From a virus, in the IMG/VR virus record IMGVR_UViG_3300028549_001461, positions 64,001 through 128,000 of that record: DNA of 64,000 nucleotides; one strand, given 5' to 3'. Of this stretch, positions 39,160 through 49,754 are shown piece after piece. Position numbers and translations under genes: made by a program. The notes beneath the pieces were generated by a model. It had not been told where the DNA came from, did no database searches, and saw only the letters and a program-made list of their open reading frames with translations. Numbering within the stretch: position 1 is the first letter of the stretch; each line of letters starts with the position of its first letter.

Positions 39160-39387
39160 ATGGCTATTAAATCTAATATTATTTTAGAAGAGCAATTGGA
39201 CAATACTGAAAGAATTTTTGGTAGTGGTGTTTCATACTATCCAGTCTATGTAACAAAAGTTAACGGTGAAGAAGTTCCAGCATTATTTACTGAAGACCAG
39301 ATTAACATAGCTATTAGAAGGGCCGAAAGAAATTTAGAAGATATGCCTAAAAGAAATTCTTCTTTACTAGGCTGGTTTTTTAATTAA
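39160..39387 (+). CDS. Hypothetical protein
   Basis: 75 aa; last + strand gene before the convergent junction. Confidence 0.55.
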   Translation: MAIKSNIILEEQLDNTERIFGSGVSYYPVYVTKVNGEEVPALFTEDQINIAIRRAERNLEDMPKRNSSLLGWFFN

Positions 39388-39707
39388 AAGACAACATTAA
39401 TATCTTTTATCTCTTCCAAAGTATTAGTAAGTTGTATAAAGTTCTCTAATATAGCCTGACCGTTTTTATTATTAACAATGGTCAGGCTATGTTTGTCTGT
39501 TACGTAAAATCTACCGTTATTTAAAGAAGCATCAGGGTCACACCATATAGCTGTGTGATAGTTGCTTAGACTGCGTAGTATAGGAAACGTAAATACAAAA
39601 TCTCCAAAATTAAAGTCATATATTATATCCCCCGTATCTAGATCTTCCGCTGTAAATGTTAGGTTAATCTGTAGAGGTAGCTGGCTAAAATTAAAGTCTG
39701 TACTCAT
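39384..39707 (-). CDS. Hypothetical protein, last gene of the minus-strand structural block
   Basis: 107 aa ORF coupled to the 1353-aa gene. Confidence 0.55.
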   Translation of the reverse strand: MSTDFNFSQLPLQINLTFTAEDLDTGDIIYDFNFGDFVFTFPILRSLSNYHTAIWCDPDASLNNGRFYVTDKHSLTIVNNKNGQAILENFIQLTNTLEEIKDINVVF

Positions 39708-39708
39708 A

Positions 39709-42700
39709 TTATTTCCCGTTATGCAAAAAGTTATCTCTAATTAAAGGGCTATAAGTAGTGCCATATTCATCATCAAAAGCTACTATAAAATGTTCATCGT
39801 TGGTATAAGAGGCTAATAAGTAATACCCAGTATAAGGATCTGACATAGTGGTATCAATTAAATTTCCGGTAGCTTTATTATATAACGACACTTTTCTGGT
39901 TACAGGTTGAGATAATTCTTTAATATAGCCATGAAAAAAGTATTCTTCAGGTATAGGTTCTGTATAGGTTTCGTTAGGGTAATATAATAACAGATTATCA
40001 AAATTGCTATAATATGTAGTTTTAATCCAACTATCCGATCTGGCTATATCAGATATACGTATTTCATCTATTGTGCCGTCAAAAAATCTAGTAGAATCAT
40101 TATTAGTACTTACAGCTATTTGTATTGAATTAGTTGTATTATTCATAATAAACGCCCCTGTACTGGCTATATCAGGTGTATTATCATTGACATACATTTT
40201 TATTTCTGCTTTATCTAAAACACCTACTACATAAGAAAAAGTATTTATAGTTAGTGGGTTACTATTGTTAGCTGATAAATTATCAATTGTACCTGTTCCC
40301 ATAGCCCCCATATTAATTGCAGTTAGGTTATACTCTATTGTTGAAGCCGCTGTACTTGTACCTGCAGTATTACGTTTTGCTATGATAGTATCAGCAATAC
40401 CAAGTGTTTCTGGGTATACTATAGCTTCTAATGTTAATTCATTAGAATAGAATTTATCTCCCACATCAATAAAGTCATTGACATTATCAAAATTTATTCC
40501 TTTGCCTATTAAACTACTAACTGACGCGGAACTTGTTATAGACCCATAAGGGGTACCATTGTTACTATTACTTGTGCTATCTAAAATACAGGCTCCTCCT
40601 ATTGACGGATCTTGACTCATATGATAAACTACTTTGTAATTTTTATCCCAAACTTGTCTACCTTCAAAACTTCCCATACTTCCTATGTATCTTGTGTTAT
40701 CGTTTTTAATTGGGTCAAAATATAAGTATAGTTTTGTGTTTTCCCCAGATATAATATTAGATATCTTAGTCCATAGTTGTATAGATTTATTTTCATGATC
40801 CCAGTTTTCAATTTCTACTGGTAGCTGTGTTTCCCCATCTTCGGAGGTTATAGCTATTTTTTTTCTAAATGGATGATAGTTATTTGGCCATATAAGTGTA
40901 CCAGAGTTTATAACAAAATTATCCATAGTAACTTCAAGTGTCATATTTACAGTAGTCATGCTTCTTAAGGCCACATTTACATTGTAATTAAGCCAAGATC
41001 CTGACCATAATGTAACCCAAACGGTTGTAAAATACTGCGCTGTTACTGTGACACCTACTCTTATAAGTCTAAATTTAGTGTTAGTTATACTTGAAGTAAT
41101 CATACCTTCTCCAGTCCCAGCACTATTTATTACTTTCCACACAAAAAACTGTTCACCACTAAGGTATTTACGTGTTATAGTAAGATGGTTGCTGTCACTT
41201 TTGTACCAAAGCAATAGTTCTACTACCCAAGAGTTACTGTTAGTTTTTGTTACTATATTAACATCTACTTGTATATCGAAGTCACCTTTTAAGTGAAAAT
41301 TGGATTTGCATTGTTGATAATCTGTAGAATTACTAATAATAAAATTGACTTTACCGTTTAATAAAAATGGTTTTTGTAGGGTACCATAAGTATTCCACAA
41401 TATCGAATCAGGATAAGCATAGTCAGTTCCCGTAAAATAATCATATGTTGGTACAGCATACGCTAAAGTATCAAAAAAAGTCGTTAAATCATAATTATTT
41501 ATTCCAGAAGAATCTGTTAAATTTAGTAATACTGGAAAATCATTTAAAGGTGCTTCTATTTTTGTGTAGTCAACTTCTATAGGTATACGATTTGACCAAG
41601 GAGACAATTCACCATTTTCATAGGTTTTTAACCATTTAACTTCTTTTTCAATATCGTAAATAAGGAGTTCATCTAAATTGGATTTACTAGTTACTTTTAA
41701 CCATGCCTCTGACCTAAATGTTTTAGACACACGCACTTCACGTATTAAACCACTAAATAGATCTGAAATTACCCCTACGCCATCATATTCTTGTCCTACA
41801 GAGATTAAGTCTGTGCTACTTACCCTATTTGTAATAGAGGCGGTACTTAAAAAAGATGGTTCAGTGTTTGGTGATATGTCTTCTCCATTAACACGCATAA
41901 AAATAGAGTTAGTCAGACTGTTTAGACTTAAACTAAAAGATCTCATAGTGTTGCTGTCATGTGTACCAGTATAGTAATAATTTGTTGTTGGGTCACTATA
42001 TCCAAAAGTTAACTTATTTCCAGTGCTACTTGGGTTTTGTACAGATGTAAGGAAAGTATTATTACCTGTAGAAGAAGCATTGCCACAAATAAGGGCGTAG
42101 GATTGGCCACTTGCGGTTGTATCAGCTCTATACATTACTTCCCAAGTAAAACTACCCGTAGTATAAGAGGCAACACTATTTATTTCAAGCCAACCACTTC
42201 TTGCTAAGCTTACAAAATTTCCTATGTTAGTCGTATCAATATCTGCGTTTCCATGAAAAGTTCCGTTTAACTTAAATAATGTACTGTTTTTAACTATTGA
42301 GTTTTCTGCGGGCCTTTGCGCCATATGATAAACACCAACGAAATCACTATCCCAAACATTTCCTGCAGCTAAACTACCTGTAGCACCTGTAAGTTCAAAA
42401 TTATCTACTATATTTTTGTTGTAATGTATATACATACGTGTATCTGCTATACTTGATATCTCTGGAACACGTACCCAAATCTGCGCAGAACGTTTTAGTG
42501 GATCCCAATTTTCAACTTCGGCGCAATAACGAATTGTTTGAGTAAAGTCAGTTATAGCTATTTTACTATAATCCGATGCTAAAGATAATTCATCAAAAAT
42601 TTTAGATATATCAACTTTATTTAAACCACTTTCTGATGAGATATTAATTAACACTGGGAAGTCTGTAACAGTTTCTTCTACAGCTCCTTTTGGGATTGTT

Positions 42701-43770
42701 ATAAGTATTTTGTTTTGATATATCTCTCCGAAACTTCCTTGTGAATTATTTTCTATACCACCTTTTGTTAAAAGAGTATCAAAGTTAGAATAACGTGTTG
42801 CAGTACACCAGCTTTCTCCACGTACTATTTTTGATATTCTTAATTCAGAGTAAACACCATAACCCCACTCATCAATACCATTCCAATTTATATAAATAGG
42901 TGCTGTAGAATCAGGTACAACACTTAAGCTTTTAGTATAAACCCCAACTTCTGAGTGAAAAGTCCAAGTAGTAGATGCTACACTATCTGCAAAATAGTGA
43001 TGCTGATTGTTTGTGGCAGATAGTGATATTGTTATGAAGTGGTCTTGGTTAGAACCTGCACCAGTTTCGTGCCAAAAGTTTGCACGGTCAGTGTATACAC
43101 TAAATCTCATTATATTAGTTGCTACGGTTTCTCCTGTAGCACCTCTACAAAATGCAATAGCATTACCAGTAGCTTTTACAACTTTTTCCAAAGTAAAGGG
43201 TTGGTTTGACAACCATGTACTAATAGGAATACTAATATATTTATTGATGTTAAAAGAAAGTGTTTTGCCAATTAAACCATCTACTAAATCTGCAGAATTC
43301 ATACCTGTTGGGGTACCATGCTTAACATTACTTGTGCTATCTAAAATGCACGCCCCTCCTATTGACGGATCTTGAACCATATGATAAACAGCCGAAAAAT
43401 TACTATTCCACACTGCTTTTGCTGATGTTTCTCCAGTATTTCCAATATAAAAATGATCACTTTGTGTATTATCATAATACATATAAAATTCAGTAACACC
43501 TGTGCCAGAAGCAGCTACTGTAGGTAATTTAACCCACAGTTGCGCAGTATTTGCTGTTGCTTCCCAATAAGCTACCTCGCAGTAACAGTAATCATAAGTG
43601 TCACTGGTTATAAAACACATACGTTTACTATTGCTACCTAAGGTATTAAAAACACCTGAATAAGTTGTATCTAATTTTACTAACACAGGGAAGTCATATA
43701 AGACTGTTTGTATTTTACTATTGTCAACTGTGAACTTTATTCTGTTAGACCAATTAGGTAACCATTCCAT
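39709..43770 (-). CDS. Triple DUF2341/LamG-repeat tail fibre-like protein (1353 aa)
   Basis: Three units of DFPVL...E[VI]..W......Q[LI]W.[KR]...VW......VYHM.Q...DS....E.R[IV]S...R...W; shared C-terminal module. Confidence 0.7.
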   Translation of the reverse strand: MEWLPNWSNRIKFTVDNSKIQTVLYDFPVLVKLDTTYSGVFNTLGSNSKRMCFITSDTYDYCYCEVAYWEATANTAQLWVKLPTVAASGTGVTEFYMYYDNTQSDHFYIGNTGETSAKAVWNSNFSAVYHMVQDPSIGGACILDSTSNVKHGTPTGMNSADLVDGLIGKTLSFNINKYISIPISTWLSNQPFTLEKVVKATGNAIAFCRGATGETVATNIMRFSVYTDRANFWHETGAGSNQDHFITISLSATNNQHHYFADSVASTTWTFHSEVGVYTKSLSVVPDSTAPIYINWNGIDEWGYGVYSELRISKIVRGESWCTATRYSNFDTLLTKGGIENNSQGSFGEIYQNKILITIPKGAVEETVTDFPVLINISSESGLNKVDISKIFDELSLASDYSKIAITDFTQTIRYCAEVENWDPLKRSAQIWVRVPEISSIADTRMYIHYNKNIVDNFELTGATGSLAAGNVWDSDFVGVYHMAQRPAENSIVKNSTLFKLNGTFHGNADIDTTNIGNFVSLARSGWLEINSVASYTTGSFTWEVMYRADTTASGQSYALICGNASSTGNNTFLTSVQNPSSTGNKLTFGYSDPTTNYYYTGTHDSNTMRSFSLSLNSLTNSIFMRVNGEDISPNTEPSFLSTASITNRVSSTDLISVGQEYDGVGVISDLFSGLIREVRVSKTFRSEAWLKVTSKSNLDELLIYDIEKEVKWLKTYENGELSPWSNRIPIEVDYTKIEAPLNDFPVLLNLTDSSGINNYDLTTFFDTLAYAVPTYDYFTGTDYAYPDSILWNTYGTLQKPFLLNGKVNFIISNSTDYQQCKSNFHLKGDFDIQVDVNIVTKTNSNSWVVELLLWYKSDSNHLTITRKYLSGEQFFVWKVINSAGTGEGMITSSITNTKFRLIRVGVTVTAQYFTTVWVTLWSGSWLNYNVNVALRSMTTVNMTLEVTMDNFVINSGTLIWPNNYHPFRKKIAITSEDGETQLPVEIENWDHENKSIQLWTKISNIISGENTKLYLYFDPIKNDNTRYIGSMGSFEGRQVWDKNYKVVYHMSQDPSIGGACILDSTSNSNNGTPYGSITSSASVSSLIGKGINFDNVNDFIDVGDKFYSNELTLEAIVYPETLGIADTIIAKRNTAGTSTAASTIEYNLTAINMGAMGTGTIDNLSANNSNPLTINTFSYVVGVLDKAEIKMYVNDNTPDIASTGAFIMNNTTNSIQIAVSTNNDSTRFFDGTIDEIRISDIARSDSWIKTTYYSNFDNLLLYYPNETYTEPIPEEYFFHGYIKELSQPVTRKVSLYNKATGNLIDTTMSDPYTGYYLLASYTNDEHFIVAFDDEYGTTYSPLIRDNFLHNGK

Positions 43771-46292
43771 TATACTAACTCCGTAGGTGTTTTTTTAGAC
43801 ATAATTAAATCATTATATACAGGGTCATCTGAATCATCAAGACATATTAAATTATGCGCGCCAGAATAAGTTGTGTATAAACTATAATACCCATTTGTAT
43901 TTGACACGCATTTATCAACAAGTTCCCCTGAGTATCTTTCATAAAGATAAATTGTTCTCGATACAAATTCATCTTCTTTTTTAGTATATCCTGAAAATTG
44001 AAATAAAGGTGCTTTAGATACATAAAGTAAATCATCCGACATTGTAAGATTAGTAGTTTTCATCCAACCTTCACTTCTGGAAATTTTTGAAACAATTAAT
44101 TGTCCTATATCACCGGAATAAGAAGAGTCATTTACACCATCACCTATTCTGGGCTCTTGTGTTGTATAATGTTTCAAATTGCCTGTTACTGATGTAGTTG
44201 AACTTACTTTTTTGTTGCTATGGTAACCTGCAGTATAACCGCTTCTATACGAAGCAGAAAAAGTATGCCATGTTAAATCACCTCTGACTATTCGTGAACT
44301 ACATATTAGTTGGGCATTAACAGTAATAGTAGTACATATTTCTAGTCTAATATAACCATCAGTATCAGGATAAAAAGCATAACCATAACCTCCGCTATTT
44401 CGGAACCTATCAAAAATTCTTCCAAAGGCAATACAAGAAGAATCAACTAGGTTATACGTAGATATAGTTATTTCAGATGGTTTAAATAAATCATTAGAAG
44501 GTAAATTTATATAGTTACTTCCAGTAAAACTTATTGCTCTTCCTACTGGTGCGTCCAAATAATAAGCAGGCCCAAGACCCACAGTTGAGCCGTGTAGTGC
44601 GTTGTTTGTACTGTCATATATATATTTGCTGAGTGGGCTTTGTACCATATGGTACACAGCTAAATAGTTACTATCCCAGACTTGTCTCCCTGCAAAAGTA
44701 GCTGTGGGTCCAGTGTAATAAGTTTCACTTTGATTTTTGTCATAATACAGTAGTATATCTGTGGGCTGATCTTTTAAAATTCTAGGTACCTTCACCCAAA
44801 GCTGTATTGATTTTGTACCTTGATTCCAGTTTTCTATCTCACAAAATAATTGTTGTTGTTCTCCATGAACATATCTTTTATAAACTTCATTTTTTTCTAA
44901 ATTATTCCAATCTACCTCTCCATATTCTACTATAAATTCATTAAACAAAAACTCTACTGTAGGTTTGTTAGTCCATGATGCCACACCTATAACCACTTGT
45001 ACTTTTGGAATTGACCCATAAGTGTAAGTTGTTCCGAACCAAGTTACTACATTTTGAGCGGCGTAACCAGCACTAAAAACCGCACCAGATCTTTTTATAT
45101 ACAATTTTCCATTTAAGTCTGTTCTTATTAATGGTGTTATTATATCAGTCCACACTCCACCTATTTTTCTATTAAATAAGAAATAGCGATTAGTGGTGCT
45201 TCTGTGAGCATATACTTGGATGATATCACCAGTTTCCAACCACAGTTGTATACAGCCACCACCCTCTGATGCTGCAGCTAATTCTACTTCTTCAAATGTT
45301 AAGTATATACTAAAATTTCCTACAAACGACCAGTTGCTTTTTAAAAGAGCACTAACGTCTGATCCACTTGTTATTGCCCTGGCTCTCAGTTTATTATTCT
45401 GTATTTCTGCAATTGAGCCAGAAGACAAACTGGTTATCCATAATTTACTATTTACAGCACTTCCATTACTTCCAGTAAACTCATCACTTATTTCTTCTAC
45501 AAGATGCTCTTGTACACCAGGATAAGCAGCTGTTATTTTAAATCTATTAGGATATGTTTCTGATGGCCAAAAAATTGTACCACTATTTATTTTGAAATTT
45601 TTAAGTTTAGCTGAAAATGAAGGGTTTCCGTCCCATGGACCGTGCTCAAAAAATATTCTCATTTTACCACTGGCATTGTAACTATAGCTACCCAAATTTA
45701 CCCAAGCTGTATTATAGATATAACCATATACTAAAGCACCTTCTCGTACAAGACGTAGTTTACATAATGTACTTGTGTCAGCAAGAGTATATATTATTGT
45801 AAAAACACCAGATATATATCTGACAATTTGAAATTTTTGTTGACCTACACTATACCTTCTTGATACTAAAAAAAAATCTGAAGAACTTTCAAGCTGGGCT
45901 ATTAGACCAATAGACCATGAATTTGTATTTGGATAAATTAATAATTCTACTTCTATTTCTACGTCAAAATCTCCGTCAAAATACCAGTTCGCATATATAG
46001 CTGAGTATAGTGCCGTTGACATTGTAATTTCTTCGTTTAACAAAGATATTCCCGCTGAATTACTGAGCTGCCACATGTCAGTATTAAAGGAAGTATTATT
46101 TATACCACTAAAAATAGCACCAGGAAAAGTATAATCTAATTCCGTAAAAAGCTCAGAACAATTAAAACCATTTATTCCTGAACTTCCAGTTATATTAAGT
46201 AACACAGGAAAATCAACTAAATCTTCATCTACAAGAGTATGATCTACACTAAATTTTAAAACATTATTTTTATTCCAATTAATTAAACTCAT
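43770..46292 (-). CDS. DUF2341/LamG tail fibre-like protein with two inserted lectin-like domains (840 aa)
   Basis: DFPVLLN, CEIENW...SIQLWVKVP, VW...YLAVYHM; shared C-terminal module. Confidence 0.65.
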   Translation of the reverse strand: MSLINWNKNNVLKFSVDHTLVDEDLVDFPVLLNITGSSGINGFNCSELFTELDYTFPGAIFSGINNTSFNTDMWQLSNSAGISLLNEEITMSTALYSAIYANWYFDGDFDVEIEVELLIYPNTNSWSIGLIAQLESSSDFFLVSRRYSVGQQKFQIVRYISGVFTIIYTLADTSTLCKLRLVREGALVYGYIYNTAWVNLGSYSYNASGKMRIFFEHGPWDGNPSFSAKLKNFKINSGTIFWPSETYPNRFKITAAYPGVQEHLVEEISDEFTGSNGSAVNSKLWITSLSSGSIAEIQNNKLRARAITSGSDVSALLKSNWSFVGNFSIYLTFEEVELAAASEGGGCIQLWLETGDIIQVYAHRSTTNRYFLFNRKIGGVWTDIITPLIRTDLNGKLYIKRSGAVFSAGYAAQNVVTWFGTTYTYGSIPKVQVVIGVASWTNKPTVEFLFNEFIVEYGEVDWNNLEKNEVYKRYVHGEQQQLFCEIENWNQGTKSIQLWVKVPRILKDQPTDILLYYDKNQSETYYTGPTATFAGRQVWDSNYLAVYHMVQSPLSKYIYDSTNNALHGSTVGLGPAYYLDAPVGRAISFTGSNYINLPSNDLFKPSEITISTYNLVDSSCIAFGRIFDRFRNSGGYGYAFYPDTDGYIRLEICTTITVNAQLICSSRIVRGDLTWHTFSASYRSGYTAGYHSNKKVSSTTSVTGNLKHYTTQEPRIGDGVNDSSYSGDIGQLIVSKISRSEGWMKTTNLTMSDDLLYVSKAPLFQFSGYTKKEDEFVSRTIYLYERYSGELVDKCVSNTNGYYSLYTTYSGAHNLICLDDSDDPVYNDLIMSKKTPTELV

Positions 46293-46294
46293 CG

Positions 46295-47494
46295 CTACCT
46301 CATATAATAAACTGCATATTGCTTTGAATCCTCATCTATTACGTAAACACCACTGGAGGTAGTACAGAAAATAGTATTTCCTCCTACTAATGCTGTATTT
46401 TCTGTTATATACATGTCAGTTAAATATAATCCTCTTGCAAATATACCACTTCCTGTAGTATATACTTCTGTTGGTAAGGTCCAATCGCATAGAAGATTGT
46501 CCATTCTGTTTAGTTTATATTCTACTTCTGAAGTAATTAAATTAGTCCCTGAAACAGTATAATATAAGGAGTCACTTGTGAGAAAACATTTTTCAGCCCC
46601 GGCTATATAAGTTTTACTATGTATTGTTGGATTTGTTTTTAGTTTAAAATAATCTACACCACTGTTTGTGCACACTAATAGATCCACATCTTTTATATGA
46701 ATATACTTAATACTATTATTAGTTATGTTAGGCGCACTATAATCTTGTAGATAACTATTTAAATTTTGTGGTGAGAAATAAGTGCCGGAGATGGTTACAG
46801 AGTAATTTAAATATTTTATACCTGAGCTTGTTGTACCCATAAATACACGTTCATCATCCCCACAAACTGTTGTAAAACCATTTAAATAATCAATAAAGGC
46901 CACTAAATAATTTGTGTTACTGTTATAAACTTTTAACCCCTCATCTGTAGCCGCGTATATAAATTCATTTCTAGTAAAAACTTGAAATAGTTTATAAGTT
47001 GTTTTTACATCTACAACTGCATCAAATGAGTTTTCTTCTCTTACTGCCCGTCTTACATATGTTAGTAAATCTTTCTCTTCTTGTTTTGTTGGAACAATAT
47101 AACTCTGTAAGTTCTCTATACTTATGACATTTAAATCAGCTGATAAATACCTTGTAGCTGATTTTAATTCAGCATTTAAAATAATACCATAGGTAAAAGC
47201 TAGTTGATTGTCTAAAGAGTAAATCTGTATGTTACTGCTTATATAATTTGTATTACCAACTACAACATTATCATAGATAACAGATCTATTATTTGAGCTT
47301 GTTGTTACAATAGTTGGATTTTTTACGATTGCTTTTATTTCTTGTCCGAATCTTTTTGTTAACTCCGGATCATCCTGCGGCCCCCCTGAAAAGGTAGTGG
47401 TATTACCATGTACCAAAAAACCATGATTATTTACTATACCACTACTAGTTACATTTGGTGTAAATAATAGTGGTATTGCGCCAAATATACCCAT
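46295..47494 (-). CDS. Beta-propeller virion-like protein (399 aa)
   Basis: Repeated (A/G/C)T..G[LIV] blade motifs; eight TxSG. Confidence 0.5.
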   Translation of the reverse strand: MGIFGAIPLLFTPNVTSSGIVNNHGFLVHGNTTTFSGGPQDDPELTKRFGQEIKAIVKNPTIVTTSSNNRSVIYDNVVVGNTNYISSNIQIYSLDNQLAFTYGIILNAELKSATRYLSADLNVISIENLQSYIVPTKQEEKDLLTYVRRAVREENSFDAVVDVKTTYKLFQVFTRNEFIYAATDEGLKVYNSNTNYLVAFIDYLNGFTTVCGDDERVFMGTTSSGIKYLNYSVTISGTYFSPQNLNSYLQDYSAPNITNNSIKYIHIKDVDLLVCTNSGVDYFKLKTNPTIHSKTYIAGAEKCFLTSDSLYYTVSGTNLITSEVEYKLNRMDNLLCDWTLPTEVYTTGSGIFARGLYLTDMYITENTALVGGNTIFCTTSSGVYVIDEDSKQYAVYYMR

Positions 47495-47495
47495 G

Positions 47496-49661
47496 TTAAC
47501 TTTCTTCTACTGTTAATTTAGGATCAAAGTAAACTATTAAACCTGGTAATCTTTTGTTTAAATAAACTTTTACAGGAGCGTATTGTTCTTTTGGTATAGT
47601 TACAACACTGACTAATTTTATTATAGTCATACTTTCAGGGACTCCTGACCATGTACTGTTGTCAGAACTTAAAGTAGATGTTGTATGTTCATAAGAGTAA
47701 GCATCCATTATATCTATACCAATCTTGATATCATCCGAAGTTAATGCTCCACTTGATGCTGTATACATAAAATAAGCAGTTACAGTATAATTGGTGGCCA
47801 GCGGGAAATAAATCCATGTAGAATCTTCACCCAGATTTGGATATATAGCACTATATGAGTTATCAAGCTTTTTAATTATTTTAATAGAGTACCCAGCACC
47901 ACCAGCTCTACTTACAATAGAAGTTTCAAATAATGTCTCGTAAGTTATATATTGAGCTGTACCATTATTAAAATCATTTAATATGGCTCTGGCATTAAGC
48001 CATTGGCGGTCTGTGATTGTACCTATTCCAGAAAAACCTCTGTTTCTTACAGCCACTAAATTTAATGAATAGTCTGCGTTATTGTTAGATTTTACTAAAT
48101 CAGTACCAGCACCAACGCAGTTGTATATTGTAGCATTAACATTTTGCAAATTAGTGCTTTCTATCTGTATAGGTATTCGGGATATAGTTGAATTAGTTAG
48201 TTTTATGTCTATATTTGTTAAAGTAGTAGAACCTTGTATAAAATCACCAAGTAAATAAGCTTTTTTTACTAAAAACAAACCACCTATGTCACTATTTAGC
48301 GCTTCAAAATAAGTAACAGAACTTGTATATACTTTTTCATATTTTAGCAATGAATTCTTTAAATTAAGTATATTTACTTTTTGTGTAGCACCTCCTGTTC
48401 TTGATGCATCTAAGACATAACCCAAACCATTGGTTATGTTTGATATAGTTATACTATTACTTGTTATAACATCCCAACTTGTAAAGCCAGCAAAGAAGTT
48501 TGTGTCATTATATGAAGTGTTTTCTGCATAAGGAACTGTTCCTGTAATGTTGGACAAATTTAAAGAGTTAATTGTAGTTTTTAAAAATATAAACATGTTT
48601 GATACTACAAAGTCATTAACTGTCCAGTCTACATTATTTATAGTTGCCGAAACATTATCCATTAATTCAAACATAGTATATTTATGTTGCCTTGTTAATG
48701 TAGTTGTATTTTGTATATCTACAGATCCACCTGCAAAACGCATGAAAGATACAGGAATATCGGTACTTATAGGGTTACTATTTACAACTAATGATGTAGC
48801 ATCTATACCCATTGTACAGCCGGAAAAAGTAGTTGTACAGTTAACAAAATGGTGTTGCGAATAGAAAATTGTTTCACTGTAAGTTGAAGCTATGTTTGAA
48901 GAACTTTGCTTTACACTAAAATTACAGGTATTAAAAGTAAGAATACTATTTTCAGCGTAAGAGGATGCAGCACTGCTTAAGTAAGATACAACTGGTACTC
49001 CTGGTGATCCTGATAAAAAATTACAATTAGAAAAATTTATTAGTGAATTTTTTAATTTTAATGTAGTGTTTCTACTAAAAGACGTAGTACCTGTGCCATC
49101 AATAGTGCTATTTATGATGTTTATATAATAGGCTCCTTCACAATACAGCACGCCACCCCACCAGTTTGTGTCGTTTGTAGACGGTGGTAGCCAAGCTATA
49201 TAGGCGTAACAATTTTTTAGTGTTACATTACTAATATTTTTAATGGTTATTGCTGTTCTAATATTTGTACTATTTCCAAATTCATCTGAAATATAAAACC
49301 TATGCACGTTTATATTAGCTACAAATCCGGCTGCAGGAGTTTCAGCTATATAATTAAGTCTACGTTGATAAGCATATTGTGTACTATCGGTGTCCCAAAC
49401 TAATCTTAATGAATTTTCACGTATGTCATAATGTTCATCACCAGCGAAAGGCCAGCCAATATAATTTATTCTGTTATCTGAATCTGTGCCCGCCTTCCAG
49501 GCTATGAATTTTGTATCAGTAGGTACAATGTATCTTCTAAACCATACACTATCACCTGCATTTACACTTGCACTTTGAGTTGATGTGAAAACATTCCATG
49601 GAGAAGCTGCAGAACCAGTACCATTAGTACCTGAACTGAAGTCCACATAATAATTTGCCAT
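47496..49661 (-). CDS. Right-handed beta-helix (pectate lyase/tailspike-like) protein (721 aa)
   Basis: YYVD.....G.GS.A.PW......AGD.V N-terminus and Asn-ladder repeats (I.N..I, NC.F). Confidence 0.6.
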   Translation of the reverse strand: MANYYVDFSSGTNGTGSAASPWNVFTSTQSASVNAGDSVWFRRYIVPTDTKFIAWKAGTDSDNRINYIGWPFAGDEHYDIRENSLRLVWDTDSTQYAYQRRLNYIAETPAAGFVANINVHRFYISDEFGNSTNIRTAITIKNISNVTLKNCYAYIAWLPPSTNDTNWWGGVLYCEGAYYINIINSTIDGTGTTSFSRNTTLKLKNSLINFSNCNFLSGSPGVPVVSYLSSAASSYAENSILTFNTCNFSVKQSSSNIASTYSETIFYSQHHFVNCTTTFSGCTMGIDATSLVVNSNPISTDIPVSFMRFAGGSVDIQNTTTLTRQHKYTMFELMDNVSATINNVDWTVNDFVVSNMFIFLKTTINSLNLSNITGTVPYAENTSYNDTNFFAGFTSWDVITSNSITISNITNGLGYVLDASRTGGATQKVNILNLKNSLLKYEKVYTSSVTYFEALNSDIGGLFLVKKAYLLGDFIQGSTTLTNIDIKLTNSTISRIPIQIESTNLQNVNATIYNCVGAGTDLVKSNNNADYSLNLVAVRNRGFSGIGTITDRQWLNARAILNDFNNGTAQYITYETLFETSIVSRAGGAGYSIKIIKKLDNSYSAIYPNLGEDSTWIYFPLATNYTVTAYFMYTASSGALTSDDIKIGIDIMDAYSYEHTTSTLSSDNSTWSGVPESMTIIKLVSVVTIPKEQYAPVKVYLNKRLPGLIVYFDPKLTVEES

Positions 49662-49681
49662 AATTTATCTCCTAATTTATC

Positions 49682-49709
49682 TTGACTAATACGAAATATG
49701 TATTATAAT
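49682..49709 (+). promoter_or_regulatory. Sigma70-type promoter in the divergent intergenic region
   Basis: TTGACT-16 nt-TATAAT; AGGAG RBS before 49755. Confidence 0.6.
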
Positions 49710-49754
49710 TAAAGGCGTTCATAATATATGGTAGTTAAATAAAAAAGGAGAATT

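Noticed and set aside
40567-43389. Diversity-generating retroelement TR/VR pair
   Set aside because: Mismatches are not confined to adenines on either strand, both copies are in-frame coding, and no reverse transcriptase is in the window.
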